Shown: piece by piece, positions 1 to 14,200 of the stretch | Position numbering within the stretch: position 1 is the first letter of the stretch | How the letters are laid out: every line of letters starts with the position of its first letter | Assembly (NCBI GenBank): GCA_964035545.1 | Contig: OZ037765.1 | Span: 19,468,995-19,532,994 of the forward strand | DNA length: 64,000 bases | From: Bugula neritina | Lineage: Eukaryota; Animalia; Bryozoa | Direction of reading: 5' to 3' | Notes under the pieces: model-generated | The model's input: only the letters and a program-made list of their open reading frames with translations | Database searches by the model: none | Told to the model about the DNA's origin: nothing | Translations under genes and position numbers: made by a program

Positions 1-1549
1 CTGTCATTTTTTTTACAATCTTTATTATTTCATTAAAAGTTATATATAATAAATATATAAGATATTTAATAGATCGACACTTAATTTATTAGTAAGTTAT
101 AATAACATTTAGTTGCAGTTTATTATTTATACTTGTTATTTGAAGATTCTGTCAGTGGTTTAGTATTATAGTCATGTGGTGAGTAAGGGAGTGTTTATCT
201 CTTTTCAACTAAAATTTTGACATGGCTCAGAAAGATACAAAAAGCTAATTATAGTAGTAAAACATTTTGAAGTGCACACATAATGTGCATGTTAGATAGC
301 TTTTGCAGCCATGCAGGCATCTCATTTATTGGCTAATCATTAACATTTGAATAAGCAGTCATACTTAAACTACATATATTTACTGCAAAAAAAACATAAT
401 ATATTGTTGTACACTAGCGTGATATATGTTCTTTGCTAGGCCCTTCGCTGTACATTATAAAGACATGCAGCTATGAAGTTCAAATGTCTTGTAGACCTTA
501 GGCACTTGACTTTGACGGCACAGTTGACCAGCACAAGAAAAAGATTGAAAACCTAAATATGGTATTTGAAGTGTAATTAATTTTATATAAAAACATATAA
601 ACAGTTAAGTGAGCCTTTTTTATTGGTGAAAGTCATTTACAAAATATTTAAATGTTATTCTACACAACATTGTTGTATGACAAAGAGTTATCTCCCTAAT
701 CTCAACCGTACACTTCAGGTAAAACTTTCGGAGCCAGTAGAGGTGCATATCTATTGGCTCTCTATGCTCCAGTGATTAGGGCATATTTTTTGAACTAATA
801 CTATAGCGCTAGGCTAAAATAATTATTATTATGATAATTTTCATAGTTTATAAATACTTCAACTACCTTAATTTTACTCTATCAGTGTTACTAGTAACAT
901 TAATATGTCACATGCAGTAAACTAATATTTGATTGCATGACATAAACACAAGCAGAAATTTGTTGCCGGTGAAAATCAAATTAAAAATGAAAACTACTAT
1001 TTTAATTAAAATTTATCATAAATCATAAATGATTATTCACGATGATAATAACAATGATAGTTGATAAAATTAAAAAAATGATTTCATTATAATTATTATC
1101 TATTATAATTTGTGATCTCCGAATAATTATAATAGTATATTATTATTTATAATAAAATTAAATATAAACTTGAAGTTGTTGCTTACACTTACAGTTACAC
1201 TTACACTTACAGTTAGTGTTACACTTACTCAGTGTCGCTGTCTTTTAGTTTTACTTTGAAGTTTAAGTTCTAATAGAAGTAGAATGTTGCACTTGTCCTT
1301 AAATGCTTAATAATAATAAAATTGATCATAATTAGAATTTAAATGATAATCATAAATCAATAGCCTACCATAATGATAATGTTATAGTTCTACTTAATGT
1401 TAATCTTATGAATTATGAATAATATGACAGTAACTTATACTTCTAGAGTTTAAGTTATACTTATAGTTATACTAAACTAATAGTAATACTATAACTATAA
1501 GTATAACTATAATTGTATTGATAATGTCTCCTATCAAAGGCAAATGGCT

Positions 1550-1912
1550 GTTATTTTCTGTTAGTAGTAGATTCTCCATTCTCACTTCAAGCCTTGCTTT
1601 CATGTGTTGTCACCTGCTATCGCATAGACTTAGAGCCAAGATAGCCTTTACTGTGCCTTTACTAATTTTTAATTTTAAATTGCATCTATAATGGCAAGGA
1701 GTAGCTCTGCTCAAAGTAGATCCTTGATGAAGGCCAGCTTTGATATCCGTAGCTTCTGTGCTTCCACAACCTGTTCTGACTTTGATGGACCAGATAACAT
1801 ATATATACCTTGAGTGTAAAAATATATGCTCCTGGTACAATTCTCTCTGGTTTTTAGTATTGAAAGAAATTTTGAAGGAATTCCTCAGTCTCTCACCATT
1901 CTCTTTCCTCAC
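1550..1912 (-). mobile_element. Degenerate RTE-clade non-LTR retrotransposon (reverse transcriptase fragment)
   Basis: The minus-strand ORF contains KVRTGCGSTEATDIKAGLHQGSTLS, which resembles the RTE RT motif (V..GLHQGSALSP). It is followed by degenerate LSLCDSR*QHMKARLE. Stops and frameshifts are present and the boundaries are approximate. Confidence 0.65.
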
Positions 1913-2322
1913 AATCTATCCATTTCCCTCATTCACAAAAGATAGTCTTACCACAGCCCTTATTATTGTACATTATATTGATTAGTATGATTGAAGATTA
2001 TGTATCAGTATGATTAAAAATTAATAAATGTTATCAATTCATTTCTTAGATTGATAGAGATTGTAATACTAGTAGACATAATCATGGTGATAGTAATATT
2101 TATAACAAAGACTTCTACTTATATATTATTACTTGGAAAACTGAACCAGTTTTATGGTTCTTTGGTTATAGTGTTGATTAAACATGAATTAAAAACTTAC
2201 ATTAAACTTGAACTGTGGCTATAATTTTGGTTAGTTTAATAACACTCATAATGAGTAATTTAGTTTTATGGAGAATAAATATAGCGGTATATGAATTTTA
2301 GATTTTTAGTTTACAAAGCGAC

Positions 2323-5300
2323 ATGTCTGCAGCTGAAGACCCCAACACAACACATGCAAGTAATGCTGCCTCAGCTTCATGTCCCACCGACTCAATACCG
2401 TCAGCCATGCAGAATTCTAATGACAAAGAGCTTCCTAAAAAGGGTCAAAGAAAGCGATGGCAACTGGAGGACTTTGAGATAGGGAAGGTTTTAGGTGAAG
2501 GTCGGACCGGAAGTGTCTATCTAGCACGAGAAAAACAAAGTCAATACATAGTTGCTTTGAAGGTAATATCTGTAATTTTGCTTTTTGCATTTGGCTTCTC
2601 GTGTTTGAGCTTATATAGAATTTGAAGTTTCAGGTATTCTTAAAAAAGATGTCAGTGTTTTAACAATTTTACTTGTTTATCTTTTTTCAATATTTTCCTG
2701 GTATTGAATAGGTTATGCGAAAGAAAAATCTTGAAGAATTGGGTTGTGTTGAACAGCTGAGAAGAGAAATAGAAATTCAGTCACATCTAAGGTAGGTTGG
2801 TTGTGAAATAGTCAGGTGTGCTTGGCAAGATCCGCAGAATGCTGTATTATACATTAGTTTAGCGAGACATTGTGGTAAACAGGCTGTGATCTTCCATACA
2901 TACATTTTACAGACATCGTCATATACTAAGGCTATATGGTTATTTCTACGACAATGAACGGGTGTACTTGGTGCTTGAATATGCTAATGGAGGGGAACTT
3001 TATGCTCGTCTAAAAAAATTGGGTAAATTTGACGAGCCCACATCTGCCAAAGTAAGCCCAATACACGAGTGTTTGTTAGGTGCTGTTTGTTATGTTAAAA
3101 GCACAAAATATAATGCTGTATTGTTATACTAATAATGCATCAACTTAAACAGTTTAACGGTATTGCTTCATTTTGCGAGCTTGAGAGTTAAACAGATTTT
3201 GTATTTGAAACTTATAGAATGTTACGATTCCTTAAAATTGTCACCAAATCATCATAATATGTGTGACAATTATTTAAAAAATATCTTATGTCTGAAAATG
3301 ACCCTGCAGTTGTGGATAATAGTTTATTGTAGAGCTATGTGGTATATAGGACTTTTATTACTGAGCTGGAGAATATAAATAAAAGCATTTGCTTTTTTAC
3401 TAGCTTGGTACATTAATCTGGAAAACTCTAGGGTATTCTACATTGTACATGAATTATGTTAAACTGGTGTTATTCATATGATGTAAACAGCTATTTCGCA
3501 ATAGTAGGCATGCTACACTAACAAGTAGTAAAAGGACATGTTATGCATGCAAGCTAATATTACATAAGTGTACTACATAATATTTTATGGAGAAAAATAA
3601 TTTGTGACAAAGGTAAAAGCATACATTTGTATATATCACTCTAATTCGATTAGGATATACTTTTTACTTTTACAGTATGTAAAACAAATAGCCTCGGCTC
3701 TCGAACATCTTCACTTGAAGAATGTTATACATAGAGATATTAAACCTGAGAACATTGTTATTGGTACTTTTGGAGACATAAAAGTGGCAGACTTTGGTTG
3801 GTGTGTTCATGCCCCTTCTTCCAGGTACAGTTCTTGTGCATCCGGGTTTCAGTCGGTATTTTGTTTTTAAATTCATTATTTTAGCAAAAGCTGAAATGTG
3901 ACTAAATTGTTAGCTTATTATGGTTATAGTTTATTGTACAACTGTGTCTGCTATTCTAATATAATCAAGGCTTATATTTCTAGGAGTGTATATTTAAATA
4001 TGATAAAGTTGTCACTTTTCTGCATCTCAAGAAAACTGGAGGTGTACTGAAAATTCCTTCCCTAGCAATATAGATGCAAAGGTGTTTTACGAATTGATCC
4101 ATTATTTATGGTCAAGTAATATGTGAATAATACTTTCTGAATAGTTTGTCTTTAATATCTGATACATTTTCACAGCATACAGAGCACTATGGTGGTTAGA
4201 TTCAGGAGTCCCAAATTTTTATGATACAAAAACACCTTATTGTTGATAGCAGTTGTCTTGTTTCCCTTCATCACAGTCTTTATGCTTGGTGCTGGTGACA
4301 TGCTATTTTATATTTCCTCTTGCATTTACCTTCTCTAATAGAACTCAGTATATAATTACAGAAGGGAGACGTTCTGTGGGACACTAGACTATTTACCCCC
4401 TGAGATGGTGCAGGGGAACACACATGACTCTAGTGTCGATGTCTGGTGTCTAGGGGTACTGCTCTACGAGTTCCTTACAGGTATGACCCCCCCCCCTTTG
4501 TCAGTGGTGTGTATACTAATGCTATACACTTTGAAGCTGGACATTCCAGCTGGAAAACAACTCATTTTATATCATTGCTGGAACAGATCATCACTCTGTG
4601 TTATGTGGTGTGGGAACCTTTTGATACTTTTATTTAAAAAAAAAATTTCAGTAATCTACAATTGGTTGTTCATGCCAAAAAGTTGCAGCACTTATTTTCT
4701 ATGTAGCTGAAAAAATCTGCATTTGTTCTATTATTTGCACACGCTTTAATTTTTTCGGTAAAAAGAGAAGACAACCATTATTAAAGAGTTTTGAAACCCA
4801 ATGCCAAGTTGTTGCGGTACTCTTCTGCGCATTTAATAATAATGTTTTGACATTGACAGGAAAGCCGCCATTTTGGAATGAAGCAGAAGCAGAAACATAC
4901 AAAAAAATAGTAAGAGGAAACTTGGAGTTTCCCCCCTATTTGTCTGAAGGTGCTAAAGATTTAGTACAAAAGGTAGATTAGCAATGATTTTATATGTGCA
5001 CATGATAGCTGCATTGTGTATAGATCAGTGTTATCACTTGAGGTAGGTGCGAGAATGGAGAGATTGGGAATAGCATGTGTTCTAAATGAAAAAAATTAAC
5101 GCAATACGTTGTGTCTTTGCAAGAATTTCAACCCACACCCCAAACCTAATATTATGGAGAAAATTAGGTGACTTGAGCTATTAAAAATTTCATTTGTTGC
5201 TTTATCTGCACAACAGTCTTTATTGCTTACTGACTAGTGTATTTGTAACAAACAGGGACAAGTACAAAAAAGTGCAGCAAATTTTTTGAATAAAATATCA

Positions 5301-6096
5301 GTTTGCATCTACAACATGTAAGAAAAGGAAAAACAACTCCAGTTTTATAGTCAGTTTTATTACACAATTAGCCTAAAATTGTGTTATTTTAACATGAAAA
5401 TATATTTTCCAATTATTCTGTAAGCTAAGCATATAAGAACATATCTAGTAATAGCAGCCAATAAAAAATAGCAAAAGGCAATATATAAACACACTCACAA
5501 GCACACTCCTAAGTTATCTAAATCCGGTAACCAACAACAATAACTATTACGTAGTTCATTTAATTCTTGGTTTTTAGTTAAATGTATCACCTCATGTTCT
5601 TGAAAAGCTTAAAATTATTGAAAGGCTGCACAGTTAGAAATGTACATTATGAATGGTACCGATTCATTTCTAAAGCTTGTTGAGAAGTAACATCATTTTT
5701 AAGTTAAGACTGTAATAACCTTTTGCTAAATTCATATATATTCCTTTTGTTTTAAAGTGATTAATTTAAAATTTGGGCATATGTCAAATAATGAAAGTAA
5801 CAACCAACGAGTGTACAATAAGCACATTCTACATTATTAAAAATTTTCACTTGTAGTTGTTGCATCGTGATCCACAACAACGGTATCGTATATCAACTGT
5901 AAAATCTCATCCATGGATAGTAGAGCATTGTGGGCCACCTGCGGACAGTCATCCTAAGTCTAATACAAGCAAAGACACTAAAACTAATTTACAGCCTCTT
6001 GGAAAAGAAAACAAGCCAGCCACTGAGTGTACCACTAGACCAGGTGAAGTTGTTGAAAAATCAACGCCTGCATCTTCTAGTGACTCTTCTAGATGA
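2323..6096 (+). CDS. AURK: Aurora-family Ser/Thr kinase (7 coding exons)
   Basis: Exons 2323-2562, 2712-2791, 2913-3051, 3676-3824, 4362-4480, 4860-4972 and 5857-6096 are all GT-AG and in phase. Motifs: [67 protein letters not shown] has the Gly typical of Aurora A at the A/B-discriminating position. AATAAA near 6333. Confidence 0.95.
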
Positions 6097-6730
6097 AGTG
6101 AAACTTTAGGAACTGGTTTATAGTGCTAATCCAGCTGTCATAGTGTCACCTGGTGTATCTTATCAAATACAGAACTAGCTTTTCGACTGAGACCCTTCGC
6201 TTACTGGCTGCAATATTAATTATCCTCTACTGTTTATATGATGATTAATTTTTATATTTTGTTACCTCAATGTTGGAGATTTTTTTAAGTTCCAATTAGC
6301 TTGTGTAAGAGTCAATTCATAACTCTTTATTAAATAAAATAGTGGCTAAACTGCTTGTGTCTGTAAAATATAGCCGTGCCATCTTGATCAACCATGTTAT
6401 TATGGGAGAATTATAAATAGAAAGTGTTTTATTAAATGTAGACCCAGCTGAATTTTTCTTGGTTCTGTTTCGATCACTAGTTTCTGGTTTGAGTATTGAA
6501 GCTATGATAACGAAATTATTTATAAGAAATGTATGTAGCTATAAGCTAATAGTTTTAAATCTTTGTTCTTCATTACATTACATACATCGCATGTCTTTTA
6601 ACCAATATATTCTATGCAACTGCAGATCTTGTCCTATTTTTTACCACCATAGCTTCAAGAATCCCTATTCAATCTGTTCCTTTGAGCAAGACTGCATGGT
6701 ATATATGACGTAGCTTGTAGTTGGTAGAAA

Positions 6731-7093
6731 TTAATGATGTCGCGCTTTTGTGACAAATGGCAGCTTAGTGGTTCCACCATATGTTGACTTGTAGAACTTG
6801 CAGTTATCAGCATGAAGCAACTTCATCCCAGATTGTTTTTCCTTTCGTCTTTGTGTAGCTATGAATTGATTTTTTCTATGATTCCAATAGTTTATGCTGG
6901 ATTTTTCTTCTCTACTCAAGTACTCGCACTGCTTCTGAAAGTTGTTTTTGGAATTGATGCCATCTCTTAGCAGCACTTTAGGCAGGAAGGATTTCACTTT
7001 AATAATTTCTCTATACGTGAGATTCCACTTGACTAGCTGAGTGTCTTTGGCTTTTCTTGATCGGAGTGAACAATATACAGTTGGTGCATCCAT
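6731..7093 (-). CDS. Candidate 120-aa basic orphan protein (unrecognised)
   Basis: Uninterrupted 120-codon ORF in AT-rich intergenic DNA. The ATG is in AAAATGG context and the composition is protein-like and K/R-rich. No family recognised. Confidence 0.4.
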   Translation of the reverse strand: MDAPTVYCSLRSRKAKDTQLVKWNLTYREIIKVKSFLPKVLLRDGINSKNNFQKQCEYLSREEKSSINYWNHRKNQFIATQRRKEKQSGMKLLHADNCKFYKSTYGGTTKLPFVTKARHH

Positions 7094-8200
7094 TTTCTCT
7101 CTTTCTCATAAACCTCTACTTATACGTGTATGTGTACAAGTGACTAAATCATACATAACGTAAATTACCCAAGAGCTATCGTTTACTAACGCTGCACAAG
7201 GTATTTCAAGAAATGTGGTAATAAAACTTCAAAGTACTTGGTGATCAAGTAAATTCGTATATACTATATGGTAGCACATACTACGGCTAGTGCACTTTGT
7301 CTTGCCACTCAGATAAAGCCAACAGGGCTGAAGTGTTGGTAAGAGAGCAATGCTCCCCACTTCATCATTTAAGGAAACATTTTAATTAGAATTCATTGTA
7401 ATAAAAAGGCTTCAGTTAGTTGTCCATTATTTAAGATAGGTTCAAATGAGCTATTTATTAATGAAAAATCTAATCTACAAAAAGATGTTGAGTTACTTTT
7501 GTAAAACATTAGCATAATAAATTAGACTTGAGAGCGCAAGTTGATAAGGAAAATATCAATTTCAATATTTTTGCAAAATTTTATGATGCAGTTAAAAGCT
7601 GTGTTTGAGAAATATTGCAAGTGTTTATTATTCTTATATATTAAAGTTGAAGATGGAATACATAAACAAGCATGCACTAGAAGATCCATAAAGATTTACT
7701 GTAGATATAAAAATATTTTATAAATATTCAAGTACAGATGAAAGTTATCTTCTCTTTAAAATAAAAAAAAATCAGACTTCTCAAGAAAAACATAATTGTA
7801 GCTACATGGTTTTGAGCCATAAAAGGAAACCAAAGGAATTACTGTGGCATACGAGATTGTATTTTATGTGCTGATGAATCATTTCTTAATGTTTATTCAA
7901 TAAAATACATACATAATTTTCATGTTTATAGAACATAGTCATAACATGTATACGATACATGTTTGCTTGATTATTGTTCTCAGCTTTCAAATTAACATTC
8001 ACCTGCACAATTTACATTAATTTGGACGGAAATGGAAAAACACAACTTGCACAATCATAAATTTTCACTTCAGTATAAACAATGGTGGGGGGGGGGGGGC
8101 AGTTACTTGACAAGGTATAAATAAATATGGTATGATGGACCAGGTTAACAGGGGGTTGTAGATCCGCCACTTGCAACAGATGCGTTGACTAGTACGAGTA

Positions 8201-11200
8201 TCACACACTTCCAGTTTTGATAATCTTAAACAGCGCGGCCACATTATTGTTTTTAACCGAAGCTCTGCAGTCTGCAATCACTTGAGTTTTAAACTTCCCA
8301 ACTGTAAAGAATGAGTATGAGAAACATCAGCGACACACTGTTTAGCCTGAGATTACACTATGATTAACAAGCAGCTGCATCATCTATCAACATTCCATTA
8401 TGGCTGCTCCATAAACAAAGTACACAGCAATCACAAGTAGACAACACGCATGCCACCCACAGAGCAATAATATAGCAAGAACTTGAACGAAATTTTGAGT
8501 GAAATTTATGATATTCTCAGTGAGGATGCCCTTAACTATCCTGTATCTACTAATTTTTGGACTAATGCACCTTCGGAACAATGGGCCTTCAAAGCAATGG
8601 GCCGTCGGAATATTGCTCCATCTCCAAAATTACTAGCATATTAATTAAGTACCATATGGCACATCAGTTAAAAATGAAAAAACCTGAGTTTAGTACAATA
8701 CTGAACTCTATAATCAATAACACTGACCTCTAAGTTTGCCAGCTTTCTGTATATATTGGTTGACTTGTTTGAGATAATTCAAGAGCTCAGTGTGATTGTT
8801 GCACCTGATCTTATACCCATTTATAAGATCCCGATTCAGGTCATACAACTCCATGTAGTACTTCTTCATGGATCCCCTAAACAATACACCATATCGTGCA
8901 CGTAGACAAAGAACAGAGTATGCCTGAAATCATTTTGACAACATAACTTGAAGGTTTTGTTAGTCACAGCAGTCCTTTATGGAGTTTAAATGCTGCATCA
9001 CTGACAAGAGCTCTACAACTGTTAGCACATGCGTTCTATGCAGTGTTTGGACTAGATATATTTACAGTCTGTGAGCAACAAGCTCTTTATATGAAATATC
9101 TTTCACTCAAAATCAAAATGGTCACTATGTTAGTCTTTGAACTGAAACCTGAGCAATTTTAGAAAAAAGAAATAAAATAAAATTGCTAGATTTCTATTAA
9201 GTAAAAAAAATCATCAAAGTCAAGAGACTAAATGTCTTTTATTGGAAAACATTTTCTGTAAAATTATAGATACATATATGCAATTTTTTCATAACATATC
9301 GGTGATCGTCTTTCCATTAATTTGCCATTAAATTCAAGTCTCAAAATACAAAATAAAAAAATGTGTGACTAACAAAATGGTGGATACTTACAGATCATCC
9401 ATGAGTCTAGCGTCCTCTGCCCTCACTACCATACTCTTTATCAGATTAGAGTGGTCGGCCATGTCTGCTGTCAGCTTCTGTCTCACAGTGTGGTACTCAT
9501 CTACCTGGATGACATTAACACGTTCTAAGTTATATGGAAGACAGCATGCATGGCTCAGTTTTTTCAAAATTATTCTTATTCAGCGATTTATAGTCATACT
9601 TACAAATTTATAAACATTTCCTTATTAAAAAAATTATGTCCATGCAACTAGTCTTTATACCTAAATGCTTTATAATAGCTCTACTAGATGGTTAAACTTG
9701 TAATGCACACACGCTTACTGATTCGCAGAGCACAAAGTTTTATATCATTTGTTAACCTTTGTAAGGATTTCACCCAATTCTTTCATCTCGTGCTTGAAAT
9801 CAGCTTGAACATTGAGGTGTTCGATGTTGAGGAACGATGCGAGGGACTGGAGTATTTCTCCAGCTGTGTTCATATTTGAAGTCAGAATGGACACTTGATT
9901 AGAAGCGTCCATTTTAATGACGAGAGGAGTCTTAGTTCGCTGACATATAAACATTACTTCCAATTCGTTGCCAGTTACAGTGATATCTTCATCCAATAAA
10001 AAGTTCTGATTTATCCACATCAGCACCTGCACAGAAATACAAATCGGCATGCATTTTAGTTATAAAAAATGTTTTCTTACACTAAAACTTTTTAAAAAAT
10101 TAGAAAAATGTTAAATCCTGCTATCTGTGCTTTGAGACTTAATATTTAGACAGCTATGCAACATTAGGTTTTATTACTTCTCCCATAGTAGCACACACTT
10201 GTATAAAATGAATGATAAATTTTGCATCATTAGTAATACAATTTCGGAATTCACTATTATGATGTGCAACAACGCTAAAAGTCTATTCAAAAATAAAATG
10301 GTGAGTCATATATTTATTTCTATTTCCGAGTCATTTTAAAGTTTCTGACTAAAAATTGAAAGAGAGATAACTTTGGTAAACACACGGTGACATAACATTG
10401 ACGAGTTATTGGTTACACAGGACATAGAGAATATTAGTGGAGGACAGTGTCACGAGGTAGTATGGTCTATTACTACAAACCACTTAGTTTGTAGACTCAG
10501 TGTTGACTAGTTTAGAGATAGTGAGAGTGCTGTGAGTAGGATATAATACCAGAATACTCTGTAGGTGTGTTTAGAAAACAGATGCACGAGTCAGTGAAAG
10601 ACAACTCCTACCTTTCTAAATCCTTCCTTCAATGACCACAAATTTATGACAATAAGCGAGGACATTTGATAGTTTATACAGTCATAAACTATATAGCCAT
10701 AGGTTCCTTATACTTGCATCAGCATTAGATTGTATGAAATGACATTACACAAAAAGTCGTAAAAAGTAACTGCCATGAGTAGCTAATTCTAGTCTATGAT
10801 GTCATCAGTAGGCTAGGATCAAAAGAAGGGACTAAATATACCCGCTGAATCCTTTCTTTAACTGTAAATGTGATGCCGCTATCCGGTCGAGTTATTGTGG
10901 CTGGATCGCTGACAAGGATGTACATAGAGAACTTTGGTAAAGTCCTTGTCAGTTCAAACACGTGGTACTGGTGGCTGAATAAATGAAAATACCAAGTCAC
11001 ATGTTCACCAAGTTGGACATAGTAAAAGATTTCTGGACATACATCACAGGAAAATATTGAAATAATAAAATACTTATATATTTTGAAGGAATGTGTAATG
11101 AAGTGATTAAAATTCTGCATGCATCAATAGTGTTGGGTAAACAAGCAGATAGATTTTCAAGTACTTTGACAAATAAGTTGTCATTTTATACCACAAAAAA

Positions 11201-14200
11201 TTATGTTTTTATTTAATTTTGTTCAACACAATAAAATGTAACCAGTTAATATAATATAAGCTGTATGTATACTACGCATGCACGCATCTATGTATGCATG
11301 TATATATAATTACTCACTTAGTCTGTTTATTGCCGACAAAAGCTTTGACGTGCAAGTCTACAGAGATGTCTTTGGGAGGTTGAATGGGAATTTCTAAACT
11401 ACCAGAAAGCTCATTGTCTTTTGGGTGTCTACAATCATAAGAGTTCATTATATAATTTAATTTTGTGGTTTATGACTCAGTGTAGCTATAAGACTTTTTA
11501 CCAAGTTAAAAAACATCCAGATACCTTATGAAACTTTTTATACCATAATAAAATATCCCAGCTCCAGGCTAAGAAATTTTATTATACTAAAGTTGAAAAA
11601 GTTACTAAAATGCTATCTGAAGTTCCTATAGAAACTTGCTGGTCATTTTAATAAAAAATAGTACCATAATTTGTAAAAAAAAAGTCCCACTGGTTCACAC
11701 AAATTTAGCAAACTTGAAAATATTTTTAAAAACGAAAAACGTCACAAAAGTCGACAAAGATAACCACAGACACTAATTCAAACAAACTGCTTAACCCAGT
11801 ATAAAAAGCTTGCTGTAAAACTTTAAAAAGGATGTAAAATTACTCATACCGATCCTCTGAAACACTGCATCAAATTGATTTAGAGAGTTGAAGGCCCTCA
11901 AAGTCTACTAGACCAGCAGCTGAATATTTACGTTTTTCTTGTATCAAGTTTACAAAATTTGACAAACCAAACACAATGTTTCAAACATGTTTAATTGTTC
12001 ATTTTTCTGTCTTTCAGACTTCAAAGAAAAGCGTATGACTATCACATGAATTCAAAATATTAGTATCGATTCGCTACTATGAAAGCTTACATAGTAGAGT
12101 GAGAAACAGAAGAGCAGTTGGTAGAACAGTCTACTAAAGTAGATTCTAGAATAATAATAACTTACATCACATGACTTTCGCCTTCAAATATTCCCTCTGA
12201 AAAGACGAGCACTGACTTTATTACAGTATCATTGTTAGTTGTGATCTTCAAAGTCACGTAGTCATGCTCAGGATCAACGTATATTGTAGTCTGAAGTTGC
12301 GTGTTGGCAGGTATTATTCCCATTAAAGAGTTTTCATAGCTTGGTGTACCTGAAGTAAAATTGCAGACGTCACAAGATTATTACTATATTAATTGACCTG
12401 ATGTTAATAACAGGGGCTGTAATCTATCTTCAAATCACTGAATTAGAATGGATGAGATAGTTAACACATGCACTTCAATTTAAACCTAATAATAATACCT
12501 CAATACCAATCACCATGTTATTTCATCTAATGTGATGTGAAGTTACCCCATCTTTGAAGATTATAAAATGGCATATTTAAAGCAACTTATTCACTTTCAG
12601 TTCAAATGATTAGTGTTAGTAAAGAGATAGAGATAAAACATCAATGAGATGGAGAAGCACACAATTAACGTCGGAGAAATGCAATTTTATACTTTTCCTG
12701 AACAAAACAAGTGCACCTTCATTGTGCCAAAACCTTAGCAAATCTGATTGATGAAATTTATAACATAGAGTAGCACAAACTTGTTTAGTATTTACAATAG
12801 TTATAATTATCGATAACAGTCTTATGTAGAGGACAGTCACATGATACACTGTGCATACAGTCAAAGAACACGTGCTGCACCACTATAATATATAAATGGG
12901 ATCTGAGGTAAAACTTACAGTTTGTTATATATGGCTGGCCTAAAACCAAAATCGTTTAATCATATTTCCAGTTAAATTTACAATAATTTGAATAATATGA
13001 ATCTCAGTGTTGCAGAAGATTGGCCAACACTTACCACTACTCTCGGCTTTAGCAGCTCGTTCATTCTCAGCATAGTTGTTCAGCTCCAGCATGAGGTTTT
13101 GTTTACGGACAGCCAAATCTCTGATTGCATCTTGATCTAGATTCACTCCCATTAGGTTTCCTTGCAAAGTCTCGGGTGCCGCTTGATAGCCTCGAACTGT
13201 TGGACAACAATTTTACTATACAGAGGCTACATAAAATAGTTTTATGATTAGTTTTCTTTCAAGATATGGTGTCAAAATAATTCAAACGACTGACCTTCAC
13301 CCTCAATGGAGCAACACAAGAGCTGCTGTTTTCCATCTCCTCTGTAGTCAGACGTGACGATTCCCGCTATGGCAGCAGCAAACGTATCTTTGTAGATGAC
13401 CTCACCAGTCCTGTCTGTCCTGGCATCAATCTTACCATTACTCCAGCCAGTTATCAACTCTGGTACACCGTCATTACTCAAGTCATAACTGCACACACAG
13501 TTGGCCATATTTTTAGACTAAAACAAGCATCATAAATGTTACAACAAGCAAACTCCCCCTACAAGCCTGGCACTGTAGTGTGAAGTGTTTACTTGCAATT
13601 ACAGTAATACACCAAGGTCATCTGTTATACAGTAATGTATTTGTAGGTTGTGCATACTTGTAGCATTGAGCTGCATTTCAGCATATGTCATCACAAAATT
13701 GCAAAAAATCAGATTTAAAATTTTTCAAGCATTTGATTTCTGAATCAATGTAAAATAAAATAATACAAGAAAGAGCTGTGAAAGTAGTCAGAAGTTAAAT
13801 ATATGCCAATACCTTGATTCTCCATTTACGATGTGATCCGTCGTAAACTCCAACTGTACCATTTGCAAGAGCATACCCGAACCGGCTACCGTCCATAGAA
13901 CAGAGAGAGCTGATGGCGTCAGTCTCAGTCATCTCCGAGATTATTTCATCTTCGTCAAACACACGGATGTCAAAATCCTCAGAGCCCACAATCAGCTATC
14001 ATGATTATACAAATAATGCGTATTCTACAGAGTAAACGACTTATGTCAAACACTTCCATGACTATTCAGCTGTATTTATATACTTGTATAGATAAAGTAC
14101 AAGTTAATAAAATGTCTAAATGTTGCTTTTTTTAAATTTCCTTTTATGCAAGTTGTTTTGGTTTTTTTACAACGAAATAGGTAAGTATTTATAATTAAAT

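Noticed and set aside
146-476. Possible last two exons of an upstream plus-strand gene (146-178 and 440-476; FCQWFSIIVMWPFAVHYKDMQL*)
   Set aside because: Splice sites and phase fit, but the peptide is too short to recognise and alternative parses exist.
8550-8625. Short degenerate ~15-bp repeats (CGGAACAATGGGCC-like)
   Set aside because: Probably a remnant of a small non-autonomous element. Too degraded to define ends.
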